DNA of 64,000 nucleotides from Polyangiales bacterium. Lineage in GTDB: Bacteria; Myxococcota_A; Polyangia; Polyangiales; Ga0077539. Under the pieces are notes generated by a model. It saw nothing but the letters and a program-made list of their open reading frames with translations. It made no database searches and was not told the origin of the DNA. Every line of letters starts with the position of its first letter. Positions within the stretch are counted from its first letter, which is position 1. The stretch spans positions 512,001 through 576,000 of the forward strand of contig JBGARZ010000001.1 in the NCBI GenBank assembly GCA_044229975.1. Reading direction: 5' to 3'. Of this stretch, positions 37,313-46,723 are shown piece after piece. Both the position numbers and the translations under genes were made by a program.

Positions 37313-38383
37313 TTAGGCCTTCTCGCGGTCCTTGCGCAGGGCGAGACCGATCGACACGGCCACCTGCGCGCGGTGGAGGTTCAGGAGATCACCGTTGACC
37401 TCCTTCAGGTCGACGGCGATGTCTCGGAAGGGATCCAACAACTCGACGGGCGCTTTCGTCCTGCGCTCGATGGCGGCGCCCACCTCGGGGATGTTCGCCG
37501 TGCCGCCCGAGATGTAGATGCGCGAGATCTCGCGCTCGCCGCTGGTGGCCAGGTAGAAGTCGAGCGAGCGGAGAATCTCGCCCGAGAGCCCCTCGCACAC
37601 CTGCCGCACGATCTGCGGCACCTCGTTGGGCACCACCGAGCGACCCGTCGCTGCGCCCTGGAGCACCGCGCCGGTCTTGTACGTCTCGGCCTCCTCGTAG
37701 GAGATCCCGAGGCGCTTCTGGATCTCCTCGGTGATCGCGTTGCCGCCGTTGATGATGTTGCGGGTGAAGGCCGGAATGCCCTGCGACAGGATGTTGATGG
37801 TGGTGAGCGTCGCGCCGATGTTGATCAGCGCGATGGTCCCCTCCTTCGGCAGCCCGTAGTTCACCTCGAAGGTGTTCTGGACGGTGAACGCGTCGACGTC
37901 GATCACGACGGGCTTCAGCTTCGCCTCGCGGGCGACCTGCGCGGTGTCGTTGATCTCGTCCTTCTTCGCCGCGACGAGGAGCACGTCCATCTGCCCCTGC
38001 TCGCTGCGGCTGCGGAGCACCTCGTAGTCGATCTGTACGTCCTTGATGTCGTACGGGATCTGCTGCTCGGCCTCCCAGTCGATCTGCTCGTCGAGCTCGG
38101 CGGCGCTCATCAAGGGCAGCGTGATGCGCTTGATGATCACCGCGTGACCCGACACCGCGAGCGCCACTTCGCGGCGCTTGATCTTGAGCTGCGTGAAGAG
38201 GCTGTTGAGCCCCTCGAGCACCGCCGCGGTGTTCATCACGTGCCCGTCCACGATCGTCTGCGGTGGCAACGGGTGATACCCGAAGCGCACCAGAGTCCGC
38301 TTACCGCGCACCTCCTTGAGCTGGCAGACCTTGATGGAGCTCGAACCGATGTCGACGCCGACGAGATAGTTGCCTTCGGCCAT
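37313..38383 (-). CDS. pilM: Type IV pilus actin-like protein PilM
   Basis: 'VGVDIGSSSIK', 'EAEQQIPY', 'DVLLVAAKK', 'INIGA', 'SGG', 'IGLALR'. Confidence 0.95.
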   Translation of the reverse strand: MAEGNYLVGVDIGSSSIKVCQLKEVRGKRTLVRFGYHPLPPQTIVDGHVMNTAAVLEGLNSLFTQLKIKRREVALAVSGHAVIIKRITLPLMSAAELDEQIDWEAEQQIPYDIKDVQIDYEVLRSRSEQGQMDVLLVAAKKDEINDTAQVAREAKLKPVVIDVDAFTVQNTFEVNYGLPKEGTIALINIGATLTTINILSQGIPAFTRNIINGGNAITEEIQKRLGISYEEAETYKTGAVLQGAATGRSVVPNEVPQIVRQVCEGLSGEILRSLDFYLATSGEREISRIYISGGTANIPEVGAAIERRTKAPVELLDPFRDIAVDLKEVNGDLLNLHRAQVAVSIGLALRKDREKA

Positions 38384-38496
38384 CCGCGTTCCTTGAAGCA
38401 GCGCCGTGGGGTGGACGCTGATCCAAGCCATTCAACCACCCGCGCGTCTCGCGGGTCAAAACTTGATCCGAGAGCGCGGGCGAATCGCGGAGAGCT

Positions 38497-39012
38497 CTAC
38501 CGCCTGGCGCCCTTCGACGAAGACCCCTTGGCCGGGACCTCTTCCTCGTCTTCGCCCACGTCGATGTCCTCCAGCCGGGCGACGCGCACCTTGGCCGTCG
38601 ACGCGTCGTCGCCCTTGCCGTCGTTGTCGAGCTCGATGAGCGACGCGTAGACCACCGCCAGCATCGGGGCGAGCACGATGGGCTGCTGCACCAGCCGGTC
38701 AGGCGCGGTGAGGGAGGGGTGAAGCGCGGTGAGGTCGATGCCCTTCAAGGTGAGGAAGGCGCTCGCCAACGCGTAGAGCCCGCAGCCCACGGCGATGCCG
38801 AATACACCACGGAGTAAAGCTTCGATCCACGCGCCCGGCTTCCACAGCGCCTTGCCCGCGACGGCTCCGGTCACGGCGCCGAGGAGGCCGTAGAAGACGT
38901 AGGCGAACCCACCGAACAACGGCCCACGGTGAAGGACGATGGACATGAGCGCCCCCAGACCGCCGCCGACGACGATGCCCTTGAGGACTCCAACGAGCAG
39001 GCGCTTGAGCAT
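38497..39012 (-). CDS. Hypothetical membrane protein with about 4 TM helices
   Basis: Gly-rich hydrophobic helices and an acidic tail; co-oriented upstream of pilM. Confidence 0.7.
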   Translation of the reverse strand: MLKRLLVGVLKGIVVGGGLGALMSIVLHRGPLFGGFAYVFYGLLGAVTGAVAGKALWKPGAWIEALLRGVFGIAVGCGLYALASAFLTLKGIDLTALHPSLTAPDRLVQQPIVLAPMLAVVYASLIELDNDGKGDDASTAKVRVARLEDIDVGEDEEEVPAKGSSSKGARR

Positions 39013-39093
39013 GGGGTGAGGGCGAGGCTGCCATGCGTGTTCCGCAGCGGCAACCGCCCTGACGCGGGGCGAGAGCGATGGATGGAGAGGGCG

Positions 39094-41646
39094 TCAGAAG
39101 CTGGGCGCGGCGCCGGTCGGGACGAGCTGCGCGGCCACGATGCCCTGCGCGTCGACGCCGTCGATGCGGAGCGAGAAGAGCGCTTCGAGGTGGACCCCGT
39201 CGCCCGCGGGGCGGGCCTCGGAGATGCCGACGACACGACACGTCCCGTCACCGAGGCGGGCGGTCTCGATGAGGAGCGGGCGCGACGCCGCGAGGCGGAC
39301 GAGCGCCTGCGGGTTGGTGATCCAGTCGGAGGACGCCCCCTCGCCCGCGACGCGGAGGAGACCCGCGTGGGCGCCCGGCGCGTCGACCGCGGCGAAGATG
39401 CCCTCGGCGCCCGTCACCAGGTGATGCAACACCGCGCGCGCCGTGGAGGGTGTGGTCTCGCCGAAGACGAGTCGGTGTGGCCGCATGCGGACGGCCGCGT
39501 CGACCGCCGCCGCGCTGTCGCCCTCGGCGTGCAGCACCGCGGCGTCGCGACGCACCCGCCCGAGCTCGTCACGGGCCTCGACGATGGCGATGCGATCGGT
39601 GCCCGGCAGGGCAGCGACCAGCGCCGCGAGCAGCGTGGTGCGACCGGAGCCGGCGCCGCCGACCACGAGAACGTTGCGCCGCGATTGGATCGCGTGGTGG
39701 ATGAGCGGCAGCGCGTTGGGGGACACCGTGCCGCGCGCCGCGAGGTCATTGAGCGTCGAGGCGCGCACGGGCGCACGCTCGACGGAGGCAACCGGACCGT
39801 TGATGGCGACCGGGGGAAAGACCGCCACGAGCCGCGCGCCGTCGCGCAGGGTGGTCTCGATGGCCGGGCGACCGCCGCGGTCGATGCCGTTCGCTCGTAG
39901 CAGCCGGTCGATGCCTTCGGCGGCGGCCGATGGCGAGGAGAAGCAGTAGCCCGACGGGCCGACGAGCCCGCTGCGCCCGACGGAGACGACGCCCGTCGAC
40001 TCGACGATGATCGTGGTGATCTCGCCGTCCTCGATGAGGGTGTCGAAGGGCCCGGCGCCGGCGATCTCGGCGAGCGCGTCGCGCGTGAGGCGCTCGGGGG
40101 TCACGCCGTTGGGGAGGTTGGGCAGGCTCCGGGCGGCCTGCTCGACGGTCGGACGCAACCGGGCGCGCGCGACCTCGTCGCCCACGGCGGACTCGGCCCC
40201 GCGACTGCGAGCGCCGCGCACGACCTGGGCGAGGAGTTCCTGGTACTCGTCGGGGGCGTGGGTCGAGGGGCGCACCGTCGATCGCGGCGCCGGGGCGGCC
40301 ATCATCGGTGACGGCGGGGTGCCGCCCGGAATGGAAGTCGGCTCGAGCGGGCGCGCCATCGCGACGGCGGCGGCCACGTCGGGCTGCCGCGTGGGCTCGT
40401 CGAGGTTGGGCGCCATCGGGATCACCTCACGCTGCTGAGGCATCTCCGCGGTGCTGGGCATGCTCATCGGGCTGAGCGGCGGTGCCGATGGACCACCCAT
40501 GGGCGGCATCGGTTGCGCGCTGAACTGCGGCGCCGGTCCGCCGAAGGAGGGCGCTGCTCCAAAGGAAGGCGGAGGGCCACCGAGCGAGGGAGGCATTCCA
40601 CCCATGGACGGCGGAGGACCACCCATCGGAGGACCGCCCAACGACGGCGGAGGGCCGCCCAACGAAGGCGGAGGGCCACCCAACGAAGGCGGAGGACCGC
40701 CCAACGAAGGCGGAGGACCGCCCAACGAAGGCGGAGGGCCACCCAACGAAGGCGGAGGGCCACCCAACGACGGCGGAGGACCGCCCAACGACGGCGGAGG
40801 GCCACCCATCGGAGGGCCACCCATCGGAGGACCACCCAACGAAGGCGGAGGACCGCCCATCGGAGCGCCGCCCAACGAGGGACCGCCCATTGGAGGACCG
40901 CCCATCGGCGAGCCCCCCAACGAGGGCGGTGGGCCACCATCGAGCGAACTGCGTCCTCCGATCGGAGGCATTCCGCCGCCCGTCGGGCCAGGCCGGAGCG
41001 GAGGAGGAGCGCCCATCCCCGGAGCGGACTGACCGCCCGGGCCCATCATCGTGCCGCGGATGGGAGCGCCGCCACCGAGCGGGGCCGTCGCGCGCGGCTC
41101 GGGAGGACCACCCATGCCCATGGGCGCCGGACCAGGCATCGAGCCCGGCGAAGAAGGCCGCCCCGGACCGAGCGGACTACCGCCACCCGGGCGACCACCA
41201 CCCAGGGGAGGCGGCCCGAAGCCGCCTGCGCGCGGAGGCTCTGGGGTCTCGGGCTGATCGTCGTAGCCCTCGTCGATTCCACCACCGGGCGGCGGGCCCG
41301 CGTCGACGTCGCCGCCCTCGTAGTTGTCGCCCGCGTCGTCCATGGCGCCGGCCATGTCGCCCATGTCGACGGTCACCACGAAGTCGCCGATATAGATCTT
41401 GTCGCCGGGGCGAATCACCGACGGCGTCGTGATGCGACGGCCGTTGAGATAGGTGCCATTGGTGCTCTTCAGGTCGGCGACGAAGAAGCGCCCCTCCCGG
41501 CGAAACACCTGCGAATGACGCTTGGAGACGTTGCCCTTCGGCAGCACGATGTCGTTTCCAGGGACGCGGCCCACGGTGACCTCGTCCTTGTCGAACTCCA
41601 TCCGCTTGGGCGTCCCCCCCTTCTCCGTCACGTTCAGCGTCAGCAT
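39094..41646 (-). CDS. FHA domain + Pro/Gly-rich linker + degenerate CpaF/TadA/VirB11-like ATPase
   Basis: FHA 'VTVGRVPGNDIVLPKGNVSKRH..DLKSTNGTYLNG'. ATPase-like 'GAGPF..LIED', 'LRDGARL', 'GGAGSGRTT', 'RMRPHRLVFGE'. GAGGAG RBS before ATG at 41646. Confidence 0.85.
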   Translation of the reverse strand: MLTLNVTEKGGTPKRMEFDKDEVTVGRVPGNDIVLPKGNVSKRHSQVFRREGRFFVADLKSTNGTYLNGRRITTPSVIRPGDKIYIGDFVVTVDMGDMAGAMDDAGDNYEGGDVDAGPPPGGGIDEGYDDQPETPEPPRAGGFGPPPLGGGRPGGGSPLGPGRPSSPGSMPGPAPMGMGGPPEPRATAPLGGGAPIRGTMMGPGGQSAPGMGAPPPLRPGPTGGGMPPIGGRSSLDGGPPPSLGGSPMGGPPMGGPSLGGAPMGGPPPSLGGPPMGGPPMGGPPPSLGGPPPSLGGPPPSLGGPPPSLGGPPPSLGGPPPSLGGPPPSLGGPPPSLGGPPMGGPPPSMGGMPPSLGGPPPSFGAAPSFGGPAPQFSAQPMPPMGGPSAPPLSPMSMPSTAEMPQQREVIPMAPNLDEPTRQPDVAAAVAMARPLEPTSIPGGTPPSPMMAAPAPRSTVRPSTHAPDEYQELLAQVVRGARSRGAESAVGDEVARARLRPTVEQAARSLPNLPNGVTPERLTRDALAEIAGAGPFDTLIEDGEITTIIVESTGVVSVGRSGLVGPSGYCFSSPSAAAEGIDRLLRANGIDRGGRPAIETTLRDGARLVAVFPPVAINGPVASVERAPVRASTLNDLAARGTVSPNALPLIHHAIQSRRNVLVVGGAGSGRTTLLAALVAALPGTDRIAIVEARDELGRVRRDAAVLHAEGDSAAAVDAAVRMRPHRLVFGETTPSTARAVLHHLVTGAEGIFAAVDAPGAHAGLLRVAGEGASSDWITNPQALVRLAASRPLLIETARLGDGTCRVVGISEARPAGDGVHLEALFSLRIDGVDAQGIVAAQLVPTGAAPSF
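40565..40940 (-). repeat. Intragenic tandem repeat encoding GGPPPSL/GGPPM (21-nt unit, 8 contiguous copies plus degenerate flanks)
   Basis: CAACGA recurs every 21 nt from about 40639 to 40786; units differ mostly at synonymous positions. Confidence 0.9.
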
Positions 41647-41698
41647 CGCGGCAACTCGCTCCTCGCGGGCATCGTAACCGATTCCTCTCCGTGAATGC

Positions 41699-42631
41699 CT
41701 AGCAACTTGGCGACGCCGCCGAGATGCCTCGCAACACGCGAAGCACACCGTCGCTGCGACCGCCCACGCACACCGGCGCACCCGACGGATCAAACACCAG
41801 ACAAGTCCCCTCGCCCTCCGCCGCCACCGGCCGACCGAAGCGCAGCGCCCGCGCGACCTCCGCGTCGACCGTCACCGTCGACATCCAGCGCGACGCGCTC
41901 GACCAACCCTCCACCGCGGCGCGCACCCGATCACGCGTCTCCGCATCACCGCGCGCCGCCGCGAGCAGCTGCGCGCCGTCGAGCGCCCCGTCGAGCGTAA
42001 ACGCCCCAGACCGCGTACGTCGCAGCGCCGAGAGGTGCCCTCGCGTGCCGAGCGCGAGCGCAAGATCACGCGCGAGCGAGCGCACGTAGAAGCCCTTGCT
42101 CACCGCCACGCGCAGCGAGCACCACGGCGGGTCGAGCGACACCTCCAACAGTTCGGCCTCGCGCAGCGTCACTTCGCGCGCCTCGGGCACCACCACCTCG
42201 CCGCGACGCACCCGCGCGTGCATCGCCTCGCCGTCGACCTTGATGGCGCTCACCGCTGGCGGCACCTGGTGGATGGTTCCGCGCATGGCTTCGAGCGCTG
42301 CCGCGATGGCTTCGCGCGTGGGTGCCGCGGTGCCTTCCGGGGCGCGCTCGGTGACGACGCCGTCGGCGTCGAGGCTGTCGGTCTCGGCGCCAAAGGACAC
42401 CGTCGCGTCGTAGGCCTTGTCGTCGGCCGAGAGGTGCGACGAGAGCTTCGTCGCCTCGCCCAGCATCAACACCATCACCCCGGTGGCCATCGGGTCGAGC
42501 GTCCCCGCGTGGCCCACCTCGCGCTGACCCAGCACCCGACGCGCCGCCGCGACGAGGTCGTGCGACGTCGGGCCGCGGGGCTTGTCCACCCGCAGCACCC
42601 CGTCCACCGGCGCGCCTCGGGTGCGCCCCAA
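41699..42631 (-). CDS. truB: tRNA pseudouridine(55) synthase
   Basis: 'DKPRGPTSHD', 'GHAGTLDPMATG', 'PPAVSAIKVDG', 'SKGFYVRSLA', 'LRRTRSG'. Confidence 0.95.
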   Translation of the reverse strand: MGRTRGAPVDGVLRVDKPRGPTSHDLVAAARRVLGQREVGHAGTLDPMATGVMVLMLGEATKLSSHLSADDKAYDATVSFGAETDSLDADGVVTERAPEGTAAPTREAIAAALEAMRGTIHQVPPAVSAIKVDGEAMHARVRRGEVVVPEAREVTLREAELLEVSLDPPWCSLRVAVSKGFYVRSLARDLALALGTRGHLSALRRTRSGAFTLDGALDGAQLLAAARGDAETRDRVRAAVEGWSSASRWMSTVTVDAEVARALRFGRPVAAEGEGTCLVFDPSGAPVCVGGRSDGVLRVLRGISAASPSC

Positions 42632-42634
42632 CGT

Positions 42635-43066
42635 TCAGCCCGTGCCGTCGGATGAGGGCTTCTCGTCGGTCGCGGGCTTCGCCGCGGCGGACTTGAGCTC
42701 CTCGCCCACCTCGCGCAGCACCGCGTCGAGCCGCATGGCGTCGTCGCGGCTCGCGTCGAGGGAGAAGTGCAGCTCCGGCGCGTGCCGGAGGTTGAGCCGC
42801 GGTGCGAGCTTCGAGCGCAACATCGACGACAGCTTGTCCAGGCGCCGCCCGGCGACCTTCGCGCGGCGGCCGCCCGGATCGTCGCCCATCATCACGAAGC
42901 CCACCTGCGCCTGCGACACGTCGTCGGAGACGTGCGTCCCCGTGATGACGATGCCCTCCAGCCGCGGGTCGCGGAGCTCTTGCGAGAGCATCACCGCGAG
43001 CTCCTGTGTCACGCGCGAGCCCACCCGCGCCGCCCGGTGGCTCGCGTCAGCCTTCTTCGCTACCAC
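42635..43066 (-). CDS. rbfA: Ribosome-binding factor A
   Basis: 'RAARVG', 'LRDPRL', 'LRHAPELHFSLD'; expected position in the operon. Confidence 0.9.
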   Translation of the reverse strand: MVAKKADASHRAARVGSRVTQELAVMLSQELRDPRLEGIVITGTHVSDDVSQAQVGFVMMGDDPGGRRAKVAGRRLDKLSSMLRSKLAPRLNLRHAPELHFSLDASRDDAMRLDAVLREVGEELKSAAAKPATDEKPSSDGTG

Positions 43067-43424
43067 CGAACTTCTCCATCAGCCCGGAGGCGTCGTCCAT
43101 CTCGTTGCCGCCCGCGAGCGCCTCGTCGTCGGGGTGCACCGTGATGACCACCTCGCGGCCCGTCACCAGCGCCTCGCCCGCCACCGCCGACGCCACCGCC
43201 GCGGTCACCTTGTCCAGCACCTCGCTCACATGACCGCGCTCCGTCGACACGGCCGAGACCGCCAGCGTCGCGACCTGCCAGCGCTCCTGATCGCCGACCT
43301 CGGCGATGGAGACGTTGAAGCGCGCGCGGACGCGGTCGGCCGCGCGGCGGACCACCGCCCGACGCTCCTTGAGCGAGTGCGCCGCGGGCAGATGGAGCCG
43401 CAGCCGGAGCAGACCGATCACCAT
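43047..43424 (-). CDS. DUF503 (YlxP-like) protein
   Basis: 'LRLHLPAAHSLKERR..RFNVSIAEVGDQERWQ'; typical position between infB and rbfA. Confidence 0.88.
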   Translation of the reverse strand: MVIGLLRLRLHLPAAHSLKERRAVVRRAADRVRARFNVSIAEVGDQERWQVATLAVSAVSTERGHVSEVLDKVTAAVASAVAGEALVTGREVVITVHPDDEALAGGNEMDDASGLMEKFGGSEEG

Positions 43425-43431
43425 CGCCGAT

Positions 43432-43926
43432 CTACTCCGCGCGCCACTGGACGCGCAGCCCGCCGTCGCACTCCACCGCCGCCTTGAGGGCGTCGCGGAG
43501 CCCGCGGAGCATCACCGCCGCGAGGAGCTCGGGCTGCACCTCGCGCTCCTCCTCCGAGGGCTCGCGCTTGCCGTTGAGCACCTCGAGCACCGACGCCGCG
43601 TCGACCTTGCGGCGCTGCTTCAGCTCGAACTCCTCGGCCACCACGCGAGCGATGTAGGCGGCGACGGCGGCCCGTTGCTCCTTGCGGAGCGCGTTGGCCA
43701 CCCGCACCGCCATCTTCTTGCAGCGCACCGGCGAGAAGCGCCCGGAGCGCGGCCCGCGGGCGGACCACTCCCACGGGCGTCCGGAGACCTCCGTGACGGC
43801 GGCCATCACCGCCTCGAAGGGGTCTCTCCCCTCCCAGGCGAAATCCCACGACCCCGGCAGCTCGTCGCCGTCTTCGTCCAGGATCTGAAAGCGCGTCGCG
43901 CCGGACATCCGAACCTGCATCGCCAC
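43432..43926 (-). CDS. Hypothetical protein within the infB operon
   Basis: Fills the infB-DUF503 gap, co-oriented, with GAGAGG RBS-like sequence upstream. Confidence 0.55.
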   Translation of the reverse strand: MAMQVRMSGATRFQILDEDGDELPGSWDFAWEGRDPFEAVMAAVTEVSGRPWEWSARGPRSGRFSPVRCKKMAVRVANALRKEQRAAVAAYIARVVAEEFELKQRRKVDAASVLEVLNGKREPSEEEREVQPELLAAVMLRGLRDALKAAVECDGGLRVQWRAE

Positions 43927-43954
43927 GACCCTCTCGCTCGCCTCGCGGTCCCCC

Positions 43955-46723
43955 TCAGAGGCGCGCGGCGACCTCCTCGAGCTCGTACACCACGATCACG
44001 TCGGCCGCCTTGATCTCCGGCGTCGGTTCCAGGGAGATGCCGCACTCGAAGCCCGAGGCGACCTCCTTGACGTCGTCCTTGATGCGCCGGAGCGAGCCGA
44101 TCTTGCCCGACCACACCTCGGAGCCACCGCGCATGAGCCGCGCGAGCGCGTTGCGCTTCACGGACCCGGTCGTGACCATGCAGCCCGCCACGACGCCGGT
44201 CTTGGTGATGTTGAACACCTGCCGGACCTCCGCCTCGCCCAGGGCCTTCTCCTTGAAGGTCGGCTTGAGCTGGCCGAGCATGAGCGCCTTCACGTCATCC
44301 ACGGCCTCGTAGATGATCGAGTAGAACTTCAGCGCCACGCGCGCCTCGTCGGCCGCCGCCTGCGCCTTGCCGGCCGGGCGCACGTTGAAGCCGATGATGG
44401 TCGCGTTGGAGGCCGACGCGAGCTGCACGTCGGTCTCGGTGATCGCGCCCACCGCGCCGTGAATCACCGTCACCTTGACCTTGTCCGTGCTGAGCGAGGT
44501 GAGCGCCTTCTTCAAGCCCTCCACCGCACCCTGCGCGTCGGCCTTCACGACGATGTTGAGGTTGATCTGCGCCGCGCCGCCCGCGATCGCGTTCTGGATC
44601 TGCGCCTCCAGGGTCTGCCGCATCGGCGACTCGACCGTGCGCTTGGTGAGCATCTTGATCTGCTCGGCCACCTCCTGCGCCTTGCGCAGGTCGGCCGCCA
44701 CGTAGAGCTTGTCGCCCGCCGAGGGCACCTCGCTCAGACCCACGATCTCTACCGGCGTGCTGGGGCCCGCCTTGTCGATCGCCTTGCCGCGGTCGTCGTA
44801 CATCGCGCGGACGCGGCCGTACGTGCTGCCCACGAGCACCGCGTCGCCGTTGCGCAGGACGCCCTGCTGCACCAGCAGGCGCGCCACCGGGCCGCGGCCC
44901 TTGTCGAGCTTCGCCTCGAACACCGTGCCCACCGCGGGGCGCTTCGGGTCGGCCGTGAGCTCCAGGAGCTCGTTCTGGTTGGCGAGGTTCTCCAGGAGGT
45001 CTTCGATGCCGGTGCGCGCCTTCGCGCTCACCTTCACCACCAGCACCTCGCCGCCGTCGCGCTCGGTGATCACGTCGTACTGGAGAAGCTGGTTGAGCAC
45101 CTTGTCGGGGTCAGCGTCAGCCTTGTCCATCTTGTTGAGCGCGATCACCAGCGGCACCTTGGCCGCCTTCGCGTGGTTGATCGCCTCGATGGTCGTCGGC
45201 ATCACGCCGTCGTCCGCCGCGACCACCAGCACCGCGACGTCGGTGAGCTGCGCGCCGCGCGAGCGCAGCGACGTAAACGCCTCGTGGCCCGGCGTGTCGA
45301 AGAAGACCACCATGCCCTTCGGCGTGCTGACCCGGTACGCGCGCACCTCCTGCGTGATGCCGCCGGCCTCGCCGTCCGCCACGCGCAATCCGAGGATGGC
45401 GTCGAGGAGCGTCGTCTTGCCGTGGTCGACGTGGCCCATCACCGTGACCACCGGGGCGCGGGCCACCGGGGGCGACGGCTCGAAGGTCGCGAGCGCCTTC
45501 TGCACCACCGCGTCGAGGTTGAGGGCGACGTCCTCGACCGAGTACGAGAACTCGTTCGCGAGGATCTTCGCGGTGTCCGAGTCCAGGGTCGAGTTGATGT
45601 TCTTCCCCTTCTCACCCATCTGGATGAGCTTCATCAGGACGTCGGTGGCCTTCAGGCTCATCCGGCGCGCGAGCTCCTGGAGGGAGATCTGCGCCTCGAT
45701 CTTGATGACCTTCTTGTGCTGCGACATCTCCGTGAGGAGCTGGGTCTTGTTGGTCCGCAGCGGCGTCATCGACGGGAAGCGGGTGCCGCCCGGCCCGACC
45801 TTGTTGGGGAACATCCCCGGACGACCCGTCCCCATCGGGGGACGACGCGAGTTGATCGCGCTAGGCAGCGGTGGCTTCACCTCGACCCAGGCGCCGCCGG
45901 GTCGGTTGCCCATCGGCCGCACGCTCGACGGCGCGGGCTTCGTGGCCTCGTAGACCACCGTGCGCGAGATCGGATCCCAGCGCGCGATGCCACTCTTCGG
46001 CTGCGCGTTGGGCGGCGGAACGCTCGGGCGCGCCGACGGCTCCACCTTCGCTTCGACGACGGGCGAGGGCTCGGGCGCAGGCGCGGGCTCCGGCGCGACC
46101 GGCAACGGCGTCGGCTTCGCGGGCTCCTCGACCATGGCCTCGACGACCGGCGCCGCGGCAGCGACGGGGGCGACGGGCTCTTCGACCTTCGCCTCGACGG
46201 TGACGACCGCGGGCGGCGGGGCAACCGGCGCGGGCGGCGCGACGGGCTCTTCGATCTTCGCTTCGACCACCGCGGGGGCGACGGGCGGCTCGACCGCCAC
46301 CGGCGCTTCGACCTTCGCCTCGACCGCTACGGGCGTGGCGGCGACGGGCTCTTCCACCTTCGCCTCGACCGCCACCGGAGCGGCGACGACGGGCTCTTCC
46401 ACCTTCGCCTCGACGCGGGCAGGCGGAGCGACCACCACGGGGGGCGCCTCGACGACGCGAGCCACCGGCCGGGGCGCCGGCTTCGGCGCGGGCGGGGGCT
46501 CCACGCGCTTCAACTTCTTCACGCCGGGGGCGACCTCGACCTCGACGAACTGCGCCTGCTTCTCACGGAGCAACGACGTCCGGATCTGGTCGATGTAGGC
46601 GCCATCGACCTTGGACATCTTGTTCTTCACTTCGATGCCGAGCGCGCGGATCTTCAGGAGGACGGCGTCCGCATCCATCTTGAGATCGTCCGCGATCTCA
46701 TAAACCTTGACCGTACCCTGCAT
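43955..46723 (-). CDS. infB: Translation initiation factor IF-2
   Basis: 'VKVYEIA' N-domain; G-domain 'RAPVVTVMGHVDHGKTTLLD', 'GGITQ', 'DTPGHEAF', 'NKMD'; C-terminal 'GFECGI'. GGAGG RBS. Confidence 0.97.
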   Translation of the reverse strand: MQGTVKVYEIADDLKMDADAVLLKIRALGIEVKNKMSKVDGAYIDQIRTSLLREKQAQFVEVEVAPGVKKLKRVEPPPAPKPAPRPVARVVEAPPVVVAPPARVEAKVEEPVVAAPVAVEAKVEEPVAATPVAVEAKVEAPVAVEPPVAPAVVEAKIEEPVAPPAPVAPPPAVVTVEAKVEEPVAPVAAAAPVVEAMVEEPAKPTPLPVAPEPAPAPEPSPVVEAKVEPSARPSVPPPNAQPKSGIARWDPISRTVVYEATKPAPSSVRPMGNRPGGAWVEVKPPLPSAINSRRPPMGTGRPGMFPNKVGPGGTRFPSMTPLRTNKTQLLTEMSQHKKVIKIEAQISLQELARRMSLKATDVLMKLIQMGEKGKNINSTLDSDTAKILANEFSYSVEDVALNLDAVVQKALATFEPSPPVARAPVVTVMGHVDHGKTTLLDAILGLRVADGEAGGITQEVRAYRVSTPKGMVVFFDTPGHEAFTSLRSRGAQLTDVAVLVVAADDGVMPTTIEAINHAKAAKVPLVIALNKMDKADADPDKVLNQLLQYDVITERDGGEVLVVKVSAKARTGIEDLLENLANQNELLELTADPKRPAVGTVFEAKLDKGRGPVARLLVQQGVLRNGDAVLVGSTYGRVRAMYDDRGKAIDKAGPSTPVEIVGLSEVPSAGDKLYVAADLRKAQEVAEQIKMLTKRTVESPMRQTLEAQIQNAIAGGAAQINLNIVVKADAQGAVEGLKKALTSLSTDKVKVTVIHGAVGAITETDVQLASASNATIIGFNVRPAGKAQAAADEARVALKFYSIIYEAVDDVKALMLGQLKPTFKEKALGEAEVRQVFNITKTGVVAGCMVTTGSVKRNALARLMRGGSEVWSGKIGSLRRIKDDVKEVASGFECGISLEPTPEIKAADVIVVYELEEVAARL
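46030..46420 (-). repeat. Imperfect intragenic repeat (VEAKVEEPVA-like, about 7 copies) in the IF-2 N-terminal linker
   Basis: Recurring 'GGGCTCTTC(C/G)ACCTTCGCCTCGAC' on the + strand. Confidence 0.75.

Noticed and set aside
40565..40940. Periodic repeat as a possible CRISPR array
   Set aside because: There are no unique spacers, the 21-nt period is in frame within a CDS, and no cas genes are present.
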